From NCBI GenBank assembly GCA_963795085.1, contig CAWCFX010000006.1, positions 416,001 to 480,000 of the forward strand: a DNA stretch of 64,000 nucleotides, in the 5' to 3' direction. Of this stretch, positions 40,343 to 50,600 are shown one piece after another. This DNA comes from an uncultured Gemmatimonadales bacterium (GTDB lineage: Bacteria; Gemmatimonadota; Gemmatimonadetes; Gemmatimonadales; GWC2-71-9). Made by a program: the position numbers and the translations under genes. Below the pieces are notes generated by a model. It did not search any database. It saw nothing but the letters and a program-made list of their open reading frames with translations, and was not told the DNA's origin. Position 1 is the stretch's first letter; every line of letters starts with the position of its first letter.

Positions 40343-41521
40343 ATGTCGTCCACGGGCGTGGTGAGTGTGCTGGCCACCCTGCTCCTCGCCGTGCCGCTGG
40401 CGGCGCAGGCGGACCCCAGGGTGGTTCCGAAGCGCCCCCGGCTCCAGGCGCCAGCCGATACCAACAGCGCCGTGGAGTACTACTGGTTCGGGGTGAGCAA
40501 GCTGGTGGACGACCCGCAGAGAGCGGCCGCGGCGTTCTACTGGGCCAGCCGGCTGGACCCGGGGTGGGCGGAGCCGGTCTATGGGCGGCAGGTCGCCCTC
40601 GTGCTGGCGAACCCGTACCTGCTGGACGGCTACATCCGGCGCGCGCGGGGTGCCCGCCGCAACGACCGGCTGGACGCGATTGATTCCCTGGAGGCGGTGG
40701 CCCTGTACCGGAATCCATGGATCAGCCGCCGGATGGGAGGGGCCATCCTGTCCACCTGGATTCGCCAGCAGGTCCAGGACAGTCGCGTGGCGCAGTACAT
40801 CCGGGAGGATTACCCGGCCCTGGGTGCCTGGATGTCCTACATGGAGGGCAAGTTCGAGCAGTCGGCGGCCGAGTATGCCACGGCCGTGCGGAGGGATCCC
40901 GGCGCTCACGACCTGCAGTACCTGCGCGCGCTGCCGTTCGTCGCACTGGGCCAGTACGACAGCGCCGTGACGGCGGTGCGGGCCGCGCTCACCGCCACCC
41001 GGCGGTCCACGGTGGATAGTCTCTCCTTCGGCTACATCGGCTATCCCTTCCTCGAATACAGCCTCGGCCTGCTCTTCATCCGCGCCCAGCAGCCTGATTC
41101 GGCGCAGGCCGCCTACGAGCGCGCCCTGGTGGACGATATCCGGTTCGCGCCAGCCCACTTCGCGCTGGGGCGGATCCTGCTGGCCCGTTCGGATACGGCC
41201 CGGGCGCTGGCTGAGTGGAACCAGGCCGTAGCCCTGGACCCCGGCGAACCGCAATGGCTCTACGAGCTGGCGGTGCTGTCCCTCGCCGCGCAGCAGCCTG
41301 ATTCGGCGTTAACGATGCTCCAGCGGGCGATCGACGCAGAACCCTACTTCGCCCCGCCGCGTTTCGTGCTGGCCCGCCTGTACGACATCAGCGACTACCG
41401 GCGGGAGGCCATCGGCGCCTACCAGGGCTTTCTCCGGCTCGCGCCGCGGACGCCGTCGGCCCAGCTCGACGTGGCGCGGACCCGCCTGGCCGCGCTGGGT
41501 GGGTCTGATACAGCGCCATAG
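40343..41521 (+). CDS. exported tetratricopeptide repeat protein
   Basis: Signal peptide; repeated TPR-like helices (AHFALG, AVALDP, AYQGFLRLAP). Confidence 0.85.
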   Translation: MSSTGVVSVLATLLLAVPLAAQADPRVVPKRPRLQAPADTNSAVEYYWFGVSKLVDDPQRAAAAFYWASRLDPGWAEPVYGRQVALVLANPYLLDGYIRRARGARRNDRLDAIDSLEAVALYRNPWISRRMGGAILSTWIRQQVQDSRVAQYIREDYPALGAWMSYMEGKFEQSAAEYATAVRRDPGAHDLQYLRALPFVALGQYDSAVTAVRAALTATRRSTVDSLSFGYIGYPFLEYSLGLLFIRAQQPDSAQAAYERALVDDIRFAPAHFALGRILLARSDTARALAEWNQAVALDPGEPQWLYELAVLSLAAQQPDSALTMLQRAIDAEPYFAPPRFVLARLYDISDYRREAIGAYQGFLRLAPRTPSAQLDVARTRLAALGGSDTAP

Positions 41522-41530
41522 GAACAACAT

Positions 41531-43116
41531 GTGTCGGAGTTGACCACCCCGCCGATTATCTCAGGGCAGGTGGAGGCGCCGGTCCACGGCACTGCCGGCA
41601 TGCACACCGCCCATCGGAGACGCCCCTGACTCTTCGCGCCTGGTCCACCCGCCTCCTGCGCCAGCTCCGCGGCACCAATCCCTTCGTCGGAGCTTGGACG
41701 CCGACCCGCGTCCCCCTGTTCCGGTTCGGCCGGCCCAGCCTGCCGTTTCCCCACCCGGGAAACTACCGGGAGCCGCTCCGCATTCTCGACACCTTCTTCT
41801 GGGACGCCGAGCGGGAACCCGGGTCAGGAAAGCACAACCGCTACCTCGTCGTGCCCGGCCTCCCCTGGGTGATCGTCACCCGCGAACCGGCGGTGATCCG
41901 GGCGGTGCTCTCCGCCACCGGGGATAAGCCGGGGCAGTTCGACCGGGACACGGCGCCAACCGCGGGGATCGCCCGCGCCACCGGCAAGGATTCCCTGCTC
42001 TATGCCAACGGGCCTCTCTGGCGGCGGCAGAAACAGCTGGCCGCGCCCTCCTTCAGCCGGTCCAACCTGTTCCAGCCGGAAAAGTTCCACGATTTCGAAC
42101 AGACCTTCCGGAAGACGGTGGCCACCCGCCTGGACGTGCTGCGGTCCCGCCAGCAGGCCACCGGGCAGCGGACCACCCGGATCGCACTGGAGGCGGAGAT
42201 CGCGGCGGTGATGCTCGAGATGCTGGTCAACAACTTCTTCGGCGGCAGCGTCCCCTACGAGGACCTTCGCGAGCGGTACGTTCCCTCGCTGACCCGGTGC
42301 ATTGACGCCATGGTCCGGGACACGGTCGCCCGCCGGGTGCGCATCCCCTTCGATTACCTCACCGGGCGCACCCGGTCGCTGGCCCGCGCCCGCGACGATT
42401 TCGAAGCGCTGACTGATATCGCGCTGTCCGGTCGGGCCGAGGGACGGGGGCTCTGGGCCGAGTTCAAGTCGGAGGCATCCGATGAGGCGCTCCGCAGCAA
42501 CATCCGGGTGTTCCTGGCCGGCGCGCTGGAAGCGACCACCTCCTTTGCCAGCTGGACCCTGTCCCACCTTTCGCGGGCCCCCGAGGTGCAGGACCGGGTG
42601 TATGAAGAAGTGAAGGGGATCGACGTGTATGACCCGGAGAACCTGGAACAGGCGGTGACCCTCAACCGGGTGCTGGAAGAGACCCTGCGGCTCACCCCCT
42701 CGCTCTACTTCCTCCCCCGCTGGACCACCGCGGATACCTGGATCGAGGCAGCCGACGGCCGCCGGATGTTCATCCCGGTGCACACGCACGTGGTCCTCGA
42801 CGTGTGGCACGCCAACCGGTGCGAGGACTTCTGGGGCCAGGCCCTCACCGGGTATCCGGCGGAGACTTTTGCCCCCGACCGGTGGGAGGTGCTTGCCAAC
42901 CAGGGGAAATCCGCCAAGGACATTCTGCACTTCGGCTTCGGGCACGGGCCCCGGGTATGTCCCGGCAAGTTCCTCGGTCTCCTGGAAGTCGGTCTCGTCG
43001 TGGGCGCCTTCGTGAAGATCTTCCGGTTCACGGCGGTGAACCCGGAGACCCCGTCCCGCGCCGGGGTCTCCACCAAGCCGGCCGATGGGACGCTGGTGGA
43101 CCTGGAGCTGCGATAG
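41531..43116 (+). CDS. cytochrome P450 (N-terminal frameshift near 41610 inferred)
   Basis: EETLR, PDRW, heme motif FGFGHGPRVCPG. The frame is open well upstream of GTG41851 without a start; RBS plus GTG41531 lies in another frame. Confidence 0.88.
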
Positions 43117-43141
43117 GCTGACGACCCCGGGCAGGCGCGGC

Positions 43142-44482
43142 TCACCGCGCGGTGACGCCCCAGAGCCTCGCAATGCGGCGCCGGATGGGATTGTTCACAC
43201 CGCTGATGTTCGAGAGGACCACCACGATCACGCCGCTCGGCTCGAGTATTTCGAGATCGGCGTCGGTGCCGGGAAGGTCTCCGGCATGTCCCCAGATCCG
43301 GGGCGATCGCCAGAGCATGATGCCGTATCCATATGGCGTGCTGGACGTGTTGTGCGAGGTGCGCATCGAGTCGATCACCGGCGTCGGTAGCAGCGAGCCG
43401 TCGCGGAGGGCCTCGCCCACGCGCGCCAGGTCGTGGGCGGTCGAGAAGAGCGCGCCGGCGGTGTTGCCGGGCAGCGTGTGCAGCAGCGGATTGGCGACCA
43501 GCACCGGCCCGCTGTCGGTGAACTGCGGCACGTATCCCATCGCCAGGTAGTCGACCGGCCGGGTCAGCACGGGCCGCCCGGTGTGCGCCATCCCGGCCGC
43601 CCGGAAGATGTGTTCCGCGAAGTAGTCCTCCCAGCGCTCGCCGCTTGCCCGTTCGAGGATCTCGCCGAGCAGCACGAAATCGAGGTTCGAGTAGAAGAAG
43701 GTCGTGCCCGGCGCCGTGGCCAGGGCGGTGCGCGAGTCGTGGATCCCCGAGGTGTGGGACAGCACCTGGCCCAGCCTGACGCCGCGCAGCGCCGGCCCGA
43801 TGCCCGAGTCGGGATAGAACGTTCCAAGAGTATCGTCGAGGGAGAGGACACGCCGGGCCACCAGCTGCATGATCGACGCGGCGGTGAAGAGCTTTCCCAC
43901 CGAGGCAATGTTGATCCGGGAGTCGAGCCCGATCGGCCTGCCGTCAGGCCTCCGTTCGACGCCCGCAGAATCGGCGAACAGGGTGCGGCCGTTCCGGCGA
44001 ACGAGCACCGCGCCGGAGAACACCCCTGCTTCCCGCAGCCTGCTCAGGTATCGGCGCAGCGCGGCCGTGCGGGCCGCATCGCTGACGGTGTCCGCGGCGG
44101 CCACCGGCACCCGCACCCCGGTCCACACGCCTAGCCCCTGCACCCGCGGCCCCTCGAAGCGGAACGTCAGCGAATCGGTTTCCTGTGACAGCGTGTTGGC
44201 GGCCAGCACATAGGCCGAGGTGGGGGAGTCACCGCAGACGGCGGCGACCATCCAGCCCCGGCTCTTCCAGTACTCCACCCCCAGTTGCAAGAGTGTCCGC
44301 GACAGCACACCGGCGGAGGTGTCGGCGCCGAGCCAGTGGGTCCGGGCCGCGGTTCGGATCGCCTGGGGGTCACCGGTGTTCGTCGCGGCGATCAGCTGGT
44401 GAATCGCGGCCTCTTGCCCCGGGGTCGGCGGGGCACAGGGGTTCCGGATGGTGACCAGCGCGATCAGCAGGATAGTGTGCAT
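43142..44482 (-). CDS. serine hydrolase (beta-lactamase class C/PBP-like family)
   Basis: FSGAVLV, ASVGK (SxxK), LSHTSG, YSN, WGHAG. Confidence 0.9.
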   Translation of the reverse strand: MHTILLIALVTIRNPCAPPTPGQEAAIHQLIAATNTGDPQAIRTAARTHWLGADTSAGVLSRTLLQLGVEYWKSRGWMVAAVCGDSPTSAYVLAANTLSQETDSLTFRFEGPRVQGLGVWTGVRVPVAAADTVSDAARTAALRRYLSRLREAGVFSGAVLVRRNGRTLFADSAGVERRPDGRPIGLDSRINIASVGKLFTAASIMQLVARRVLSLDDTLGTFYPDSGIGPALRGVRLGQVLSHTSGIHDSRTALATAPGTTFFYSNLDFVLLGEILERASGERWEDYFAEHIFRAAGMAHTGRPVLTRPVDYLAMGYVPQFTDSGPVLVANPLLHTLPGNTAGALFSTAHDLARVGEALRDGSLLPTPVIDSMRTSHNTSSTPYGYGIMLWRSPRIWGHAGDLPGTDADLEILEPSGVIVVVLSNISGVNNPIRRRIARLWGVTAR

Positions 44483-44544
44483 GTCGGGCCCTTGAGTGGA
44501 TGGAGATCGGAGTCAGTCAGGGCGCAACATACCCGCTGGCGATT

Positions 44545-45339
44545 CTATGATCTTGTAATTTTCTGCCCTTGTACGTAGGCGCCCGGGGTCTGGCCCACGA
44601 AGGTGGTGAACTGGTGGGTGAGGTGGCTCTGGTCGGCGAATCCCGTTTCGGCGGCCACCGTCGCGACTGGCCGGCGGGAACGGAGGAGCTGTTTGGCGCG
44701 GGCGATCCGGTGCTGAACCTGGTATGCGTGCGGTGGGAGGCCGTAGTGCGAGGAGAAGCTCCGCGCCAGGTGGGCGGCACTTACCCCGACGGAGCGCGCC
44801 ATCACGGGCCAGCGCAGCCGCTCGTGGCAGCGCTCCCGCAGGGTGTGCGCCACGGCGCGGAGTTCGTCGCGTATGGAATGGGTCGTTGGCTGGCGCGGGA
44901 TCGCGTCGAGGACGGAGGAGAGCACCGCCACCGCGTCCCCAGTGAGGGCCGGTGAGGCGGCCGCCTCCAGCAGATGGTGCAGCTCGAGCAGGCGACGCGC
45001 CAGCATCCGGTGGTGCAGCACGTGATCGCGCAGCCGCCGGGGGTCGGAGCAGCGCGCCCGGTCCGCCTGGAGGTAGAATCCGCGGTAGCACACGCCGCCG
45101 GCGCCGATCGGCGCGTTCCGGTGAGCGCACTCCGGCTCGAACACAACGATCGAGCCCGCCTGCGCCAGCTGTTCAGTACCTCGGGCCGATACCGTTTCCG
45201 CCCCGTCCACGATGACGGCCACGACGATCTCCGCGTGGAAATGCAGGGGGAACGAGTGCCTGACCCTGCAGTGGGACAATTCCAGGCTGGAGTCGTGCGA
45301 CCATATGCGAGCGGCATGCGCGGAGGGTGGGCGGTACAC
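44545..45339 (-). CDS. AraC family regulator (cupin plus HTH)
   Basis: FPLHFH, GLPPHAY, GFADQSHLT; GGAG upstream of GTG45339. Confidence 0.85.
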   Translation of the reverse strand: MYRPPSAHAARIWSHDSSLELSHCRVRHSFPLHFHAEIVVAVIVDGAETVSARGTEQLAQAGSIVVFEPECAHRNAPIGAGGVCYRGFYLQADRARCSDPRRLRDHVLHHRMLARRLLELHHLLEAAASPALTGDAVAVLSSVLDAIPRQPTTHSIRDELRAVAHTLRERCHERLRWPVMARSVGVSAAHLARSFSSHYGLPPHAYQVQHRIARAKQLLRSRRPVATVAAETGFADQSHLTHQFTTFVGQTPGAYVQGQKITRS

Positions 45340-45701
45340 TAGGACTCCGGTAGAGGATGAACGTTCGATAGTGCCGGCAGCCGGATGGTTGCGGCCGAAG
45401 GTCGGAAACGTTCCCCCATGCGCCGCCGTCTTGATACGGTGCGCCACTCGCTGGCCAGGGTCCCGCCAACCTTGGAGCATGTGGCCGTGCCCAAAGGGAA
45501 TCGCGGCGGCTGGAAAACCTGTTCTCGCGGCCACAAGTACCGTGGCCCCGGCGGTTGCCCCACCTGATGGAAAGGCACCCGGCGCACCTTCGTGCGCCGC
45601 GCCGGCCCAAGCGGCAATCTCCGCCCAGGGACGCGTGACGCGCTCGCCCGTCCAGGGGATGCTCTGCGCACCCGGCCGCCGGTGCCCAGTATCTTTTCCG
45701 C

Positions 45702-46226
45702 ATGACCCAACCCCGCATCGTGATCGTGACGGGCGCCTCAGGCGCCGGGAAGACCACCCTGGTGCAGGCGCTCGACCAGCGCCGGCTGGATGGCGTCCTT
45801 TGCTACTACTTCGACTCGATCGGAGTTCCCGCTTCCGGGGAGATGACGGCCCGCTTCGGGTCGCCCGGCGCGTGGCAGGAAGCCATGACCCGTCAGTGGA
45901 TCGGCCGGCTGGTGGCCAATGCGGACGGGGCCAGGGTGACCATCCTCGACGGACAGGTACGCCCCTCGTTCGTGCGTTCGGCGATGGCCGAGGCGGGAGT
46001 GCACCGGGGGCAGGTAGTCCTGGTGGATTGCGCGCACGAGGTGCGCGACCGCCGCCTCCACGGTGCGAGGAACCAGCCCGAGCTGGCCTCGCGCGACATG
46101 GCCGCCTGGGCGGCGTACCTCCGCGGGCAGGCGGATGCCCTGGGGCTGCCGATCGTGGACACCACGACCGCCAGCATCGCGGAGGCCGCTGAGGCCCTGT
46201 ACCAGTGCGTCACGGCTGTCGGCTGA
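45702..46226 (+). CDS. P-loop nucleotide kinase-like protein
   Basis: GASGAGKT, ILDGQ. Confidence 0.8.
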   Translation: MTQPRIVIVTGASGAGKTTLVQALDQRRLDGVLCYYFDSIGVPASGEMTARFGSPGAWQEAMTRQWIGRLVANADGARVTILDGQVRPSFVRSAMAEAGVHRGQVVLVDCAHEVRDRRLHGARNQPELASRDMAAWAAYLRGQADALGLPIVDTTTASIAEAAEALYQCVTAVG

Positions 46227-46343
46227 CCACCCGCAGCGAACGTCGAACAGGACTGACCCCCGGGAACCGATTCTGTTGAGGCCCAGCGGTCGGGGCGATC
46301 CGGCCCCGCGCCCAGGTGCTCCAGCCTGGCGGACCCAAGGGGA

Positions 46344-46604
46344 CTACGCTTTTGCCTTGCCCGACATCCCCTCGGCTATGCCGATCAGCAGCACCGCGGC
46401 GACGATAGCCACGATCGAGCCCAGGACGTTGAGTTCCATTATGTCGCCGGTGCCGAGCAGGCCGGCCACGACGCCCCCGATGATCGAGCCCACCACCCCG
46501 AGCAGGAGGGTGGCGAGGAGGCTCAGGTTCTGCCGGCCCGGCTTGATGAGGCGGGCGAGAGCGCCGACGACCAGGCCGAAGACGAGAAAGCCGATAATGC
46601 CCAT
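46344..46604 (-). CDS. GlsB/YeaQ/YmgE (transglycosylase-associated) membrane protein
   Basis: GLVVGALARLIKPG...LLGVVGSIIGG. Confidence 0.88.
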   Translation of the reverse strand: MGIIGFLVFGLVVGALARLIKPGRQNLSLLATLLLGVVGSIIGGVVAGLLGTGDIMELNVLGSIVAIVAAVLLIGIAEGMSGKAKA

Positions 46605-46994
46605 GATGAGACTCCCAGCTTGCGAGTGATGCCGCTCCTCTGTGCGACAGAGGTCGAAAGGGCAACGTAACCCCGGGAAAACCTGCCCGCCATGTCCTGC
46701 CGGCGGTGTGGGACTGAGGGGACGGCGCTCGGTCGGGCGGGTTGGCTGGATGCGCGGGTCAGGCCGCTCCCCTTCCGGGATGGCTCCTGATAGTGTATAT
46801 TCCCCGTTGCGACAGTCGCGCCGTTGGCGCGATGCTATTCCAAGGAGCTGCAAGGGTCCCGGAAGTCACGCCGGGGCCCTTTCTGTTTCTCCCTAAGCGG
46901 CCGCAGCCCATCGTGAGGTACAGTCACGAGCCCTTGTAATCGGTCGGTACGGCTCTGCCCTCCCCCGGATACAGGAACACACCAAGGAGTAAGA

Positions 46995-47207
46995 ATGCGT
47001 ACCACCGGTACAGTAAAATGGTTCAACGACGCCAAAGGCTTCGGCTTCATCACCCCCGAGGGGGGAGAGAAGGACTGCTTCGTCCACCATTCGGCGATTC
47101 AGGCCGATGGCTTCAAGAGCCTGGCCGAGGGCGAGCGTGTCGAGTTCGACGTCGTCCAGGGCCAGAAGGGCCCCGCGGCAGAGAACGTCACGAAGGTCGC
47201 CGGCTAA
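46995..47207 (+). CDS. cspA: cold-shock protein (CspA family)
   Basis: [41 protein letters not shown]. Confidence 0.95.
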   Translation: MRTTGTVKWFNDAKGFGFITPEGGEKDCFVHHSAIQADGFKSLAEGERVEFDVVQGQKGPAAENVTKVAG

Positions 47208-47281
47208 CCAGCAAGGCTTACGTGGCCTGCGGGTCCCAGGGCACATGGCAGCCTGGGTGATCAAACCTGCCACGACGACGT

Positions 47282-47315
47282 CCCGGCCGAGCCTAGCTCG
47301 GCCGGGCGTTTTGTT
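47282..47315 (+). terminator. Rho-independent terminator
   Basis: CCCGGCCGAGC-CTA-GCTCGGCCGGG followed by CGTTTTGTT. Confidence 0.85.
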
Positions 47316-47372
47316 CTCCGTGATATGCGCCCTGCTTCGCCCGCTTTGCTGACACGGCTGGCTTACGGACAG

Positions 47373-47410
47373 CCTCACCCCCGCCCCCTCTCCACTTCGT
47401 GGAGAGGGGT
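47373..47410. repeat. CCTCACCCC..CCCCTCTCCA-CTTCG-TGGAGAGGGG hairpin (REP-like)
   Basis: 10 bp perfect stem; single copy in this window. Confidence 0.5.
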
Positions 47411-47520
47411 GCCTGCTCCGCCAGGGACCGGAGGCCTACTTCTACCGCCCTGTTCGCCCTGAGCGTCCCCTTGCATTATGCTTCAGCACCCCCGCCCATC
47501 CGTACCGCACTGGAGTCCCG

Positions 47521-48075
47521 ATGCAGGCCCCGCTCAGCCACTCGTACCTGCGAGGGTTTTTCGACAACCTGAGCACCGGTGTGCTGATCGCCGATGATTC
47601 CGCCCGCTACGTGGACGCCAACCGGGTGGCGTGCGAGCTGCTCGGCCGGCCGCTGGCCAGTGTCGTGGGTCTGCATGTCAGCGACGTCGTCGCGCCCGGG
47701 CGGGCGGCCGAAGTGAACCTGCAGTGGCAGGCCTTTCTCCGGGACGGTTCGCAGAGTGGGATCTTCACCCTGGCCCTGGCCGACGGTTCCCCCCGGGAGA
47801 TCCAATTCGAAGCGCACGCCCATTTTCTGCCTGGTCTCCATTTCTCCATCATCCGGCCGATGACCGCGGCGCACCCGGACCCGGCACCCGGAACCGATGC
47901 AGGGCTGCTGACACTCTGCGCCTGGACCAAGCGGGTGTACTACAAGGGGGAGTGGATAACCATCGAGGATTACCTTCACCAGGGCCACGGCCTCCGGGTC
48001 ACCCATAGCATCAGCCCCCAGGCATTCTCGAAGGAACTGAGCGCCATGCGCTCGCCCCCGGATCCCCTGCCCTGA
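47521..48075 (+). CDS. PAS domain protein with C-terminal CAW-type small domain
   Basis: GGAG RBS; YVDANRVACELLG, LADGS; tail LCAWTKRV...W...EDYL...THSISP. Confidence 0.8.
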   Translation: MQAPLSHSYLRGFFDNLSTGVLIADDSARYVDANRVACELLGRPLASVVGLHVSDVVAPGRAAEVNLQWQAFLRDGSQSGIFTLALADGSPREIQFEAHAHFLPGLHFSIIRPMTAAHPDPAPGTDAGLLTLCAWTKRVYYKGEWITIEDYLHQGHGLRVTHSISPQAFSKELSAMRSPPDPLP

Positions 48076-48298
48076 TCCACGGTAGGTACGGGGCGCTGCG
48101 CCGACCTCCGGCCCTCGGCCTCCGGTTCCTCAACATTCAGCAACCGCCCCAACCCAGGCGTGCCCCGGCCGCTGGCTGTGGTTCGGCCATTTACCTGCTG
48201 CTCCCAAGGGCCTTTGTCCCGGCCTCCCGGCCTTCACAGCATCGCCTACATTTCCTGCCGGGTGCGTGGCCAGCGGACGACCGAACAGGAGAATCGTG

Positions 48299-48796
48299 AT
48301 GAGCGAAGCAAAGCATGTCCTGAGCGCCGCGCTGGTGGGCCTCGGCGCCACGGCGCTGATCGACCTGTGGTCGCTGATTCTCAAGCGCGGGTTCAATATC
48401 CCGTCGCTGAATTACTGCCTGCTGGGCCGCTGGATCCTGCACATGCCCGGCGGGACTTTGGTACACCGGAGCATCGCGGCGACTGCCCGGAAGCCGGGCG
48501 AGTGCGCCACCGGATGGGTGGCGCACTACGGCATCGGCACCGGCTTCGCCCTGCTGTTCGTACTCCTGGTCTCCGGCCGCTGGCTCGAGCGGCCGACGCT
48601 CTGGCCGGCCCTGGCCTTCGGCGTCGTCACCACCGCGGTCCCGTTTTTCATCATGCAGCCATCGCTGGGGATGGGCATTGCATCCTCCCGGGCTCCCAAT
48701 CCCACCCAGGCCCGGCTCAAGAGCCTGGCGACCCACACGATCTTCGGCCTGGGCCTGTATCTGGGGGCGCTGGTAGTGAGTCGGCTGATCTTCTAG
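48299..48796 (+). CDS. DUF2938 membrane protein
   Basis: GATALIDLW, LLGRW, GWVAHYGIG, PFFIMQPSLGMG, SLATHTIFG. Confidence 0.88.
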   Translation: MSEAKHVLSAALVGLGATALIDLWSLILKRGFNIPSLNYCLLGRWILHMPGGTLVHRSIAATARKPGECATGWVAHYGIGTGFALLFVLLVSGRWLERPTLWPALAFGVVTTAVPFFIMQPSLGMGIASSRAPNPTQARLKSLATHTIFGLGLYLGALVVSRLIF

Positions 48797-48800
48797 AAAC

Positions 48801-48863
48801 AGGGCGGGAGAACTGGGGCGGTAAAAGTGGGCGGTAGAACTCGGCGGGAGAAAGTAGGCGGGA
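48801..48863. repeat. GGGCGG(T/G)AGAACT short tandem repeat cluster
   Basis: About five degenerate units between convergent genes. Confidence 0.75.
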
Positions 48864-48928
48864 GGAAATAGACGCCAAGAATCGGCGGGACAATGGGCAT
48901 CTTGTTAGCCAATCTTACCGCCCTGTCC

Positions 48929-49748
48929 TCACGGCAGGTACGCCACGATCCGGAGCGGCCCGCCGCTGCCGCCCTTGATCTTCATCGGCAGGGCCACGAC
49001 GTAGCTGCCCGTCGCAGGAAGCCGCTCCAGGTGTGCGACGTTCTCGAAGCCGGGGATGTTCGCGCCATAGAGGATCACGTGGGCCCGGAAGTCGGTCGAT
49101 TGCCCGCGGTCCACGCTCGGCGTGTCGAGCCCGAAGGCCCGGGGCTTCCGGTTGGACACCAGCCACTCGGCCGCCTCGGCGCCGAGCGCCGGGAAGTGCA
49201 GCTGCGGACACTGCGGCGGGGCCGGTCGCGGCGGTGCCGAGATACGCCATCCGGTCGTGGTAGCGCTCGCCCCAGCCGGTGCGCAGCAGCACGATCGCCT
49301 GGTCGGGGATCCGGCCGTGGATGGCCTCCCACGCCGTGAAGTCCTCGACGGTCGCGAGATAGTCGGCGTCGGCTTTTGCCGAGACGTCGATCACCACCGC
49401 CGGGCCGATCAACGCGGTGAGCGGGATCTCGTCCGCGGCATCCTTCCCCTCGGCAAAGTGAATGGGCGCGTCGAGGTGCGTGCCGCCATGCTCGTTGGCG
49501 CTGTAGCGGAAGGAGGAGTAGAAGAAGCCCGCCGGGGTCGGCCCGTACGCCACGGTATCGTGGCGGAAGCCGGCGGTGTCGGTCGGCCAGTAGATGGTGG
49601 AATCGGAGAACGACCAGGTGAGGTCCACCCATCGTCCGGAGCCACCGAAGACGTCGGCGACCCCGCGGCCCGGCTCCGCCCCGGGGGCGCAGCCGAGACA
49701 GGCCATCGTGGCGAGAATGATGGAAGCGGGCAGGCGGTGGATCGGCAT
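48929..49748 (-). pseudogene. cyclase / kynurenine formamidase-family lipoprotein, frameshift at ~49210
   Basis: NEHGGTHLDAPIHF, LLRTGW; continuation PQLHFP...GLDTPSVD...ENV...LPMKIKGGSGGPLR lies in another frame. Confidence 0.85.
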
Positions 49749-49776
49749 CGGACAACTCCGGTGAGAGGAAGCCTTG

Positions 49777-49903
49777 ACGGTGAACGGTGAACGGTGAACG
49801 GTGAACGGGACCGGAGTTGAGAGCAGTCCGAAGTCCTCAGTCCTCAGTAGCCTCAGTACTCAGCACTCAGCACTCTGCACTCTGCACTCTGCCCTCAGTA
49901 CTC
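49777..49903. repeat. two adjacent heptamer microsatellites
   Basis: (ACGGTGA)x4.5 at 49777-49808; ~10x (A/T)G(T/C)(A/C)CTC at 49832-49903. Confidence 0.9.
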
Positions 49904-49966
49904 CGTGTGGAATGCGATTACATTCGACGTCGCGGCTCTTCCACTTGCGCCGGAGTGCACCGTCGC

Positions 49967-50554
49967 ATGACCCTGGTCATCATTTTCGGCCCGCCCGCCG
50001 TAGGCAAGATGACCGTCGGCCTCGAGCTGGAGCGCCTGACAGGCCTGCGGCTGTTCCACAACCACTTGACGGTGGACCCGGTGCTGCGGTTCTTTCCCTT
50101 CGGGTCGCCGCCGTACAGCCGGCTGGTCGGGGAGTTTCGCCGGCGGCTCTTCGAAGAGGTGGCCGCCAGCGACCTGCCGGGGCTGATCTTTACCTACGTG
50201 TGGGCCCTCGATGATCCCCGGGACCGGGCGGCGATTGACGATCTGACGGCGGTCTTCGCGACCCGGGGCGCCCCGGTCCACTACGTCGAGTTGCAGGCGG
50301 CCCGGGACGTGCGCCTCCACCGCAACGAGACCCCGCTGCGCCTGGCCGAGAAGAAGCCCAAGCGGGACATCGCGCGGTCCCGGGCCCACCTGCTCGAGAC
50401 CGACGCGCGCTACCAGCTCAACACCCGTGGCAGGTTCTTCTATCCCGACCAGCATCTCATGGTCGACAACACCGACCTTGCCCCCGACGCGGTGGCGCGG
50501 ATGGTCATCGCCCGCTTCGGCCTGGCCGGGCAATCCCGCCCGGGCTTCGATTGA
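49967..50554 (+). CDS. P-loop shikimate-kinase-like AAA family protein
   Basis: GPPAVGKMT, LFHNH, GLIFTYVW, VEL.A...RLHRN. Confidence 0.85.
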   Translation: MTLVIIFGPPAVGKMTVGLELERLTGLRLFHNHLTVDPVLRFFPFGSPPYSRLVGEFRRRLFEEVAASDLPGLIFTYVWALDDPRDRAAIDDLTAVFATRGAPVHYVELQAARDVRLHRNETPLRLAEKKPKRDIARSRAHLLETDARYQLNTRGRFFYPDQHLMVDNTDLAPDAVARMVIARFGLAGQSRPGFD

Positions 50555-50600
50555 GCCGGTCATCGGCCCGGCGCCAGCACTATGTCCTCGGCAATCGGCA

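Noticed and set aside
43142..44482. Antibiotic-resistance beta-lactamase
   Set aside because: Motifs only place it in the broad serine hydrolase/PBP-like family; no evidence of resistance function.
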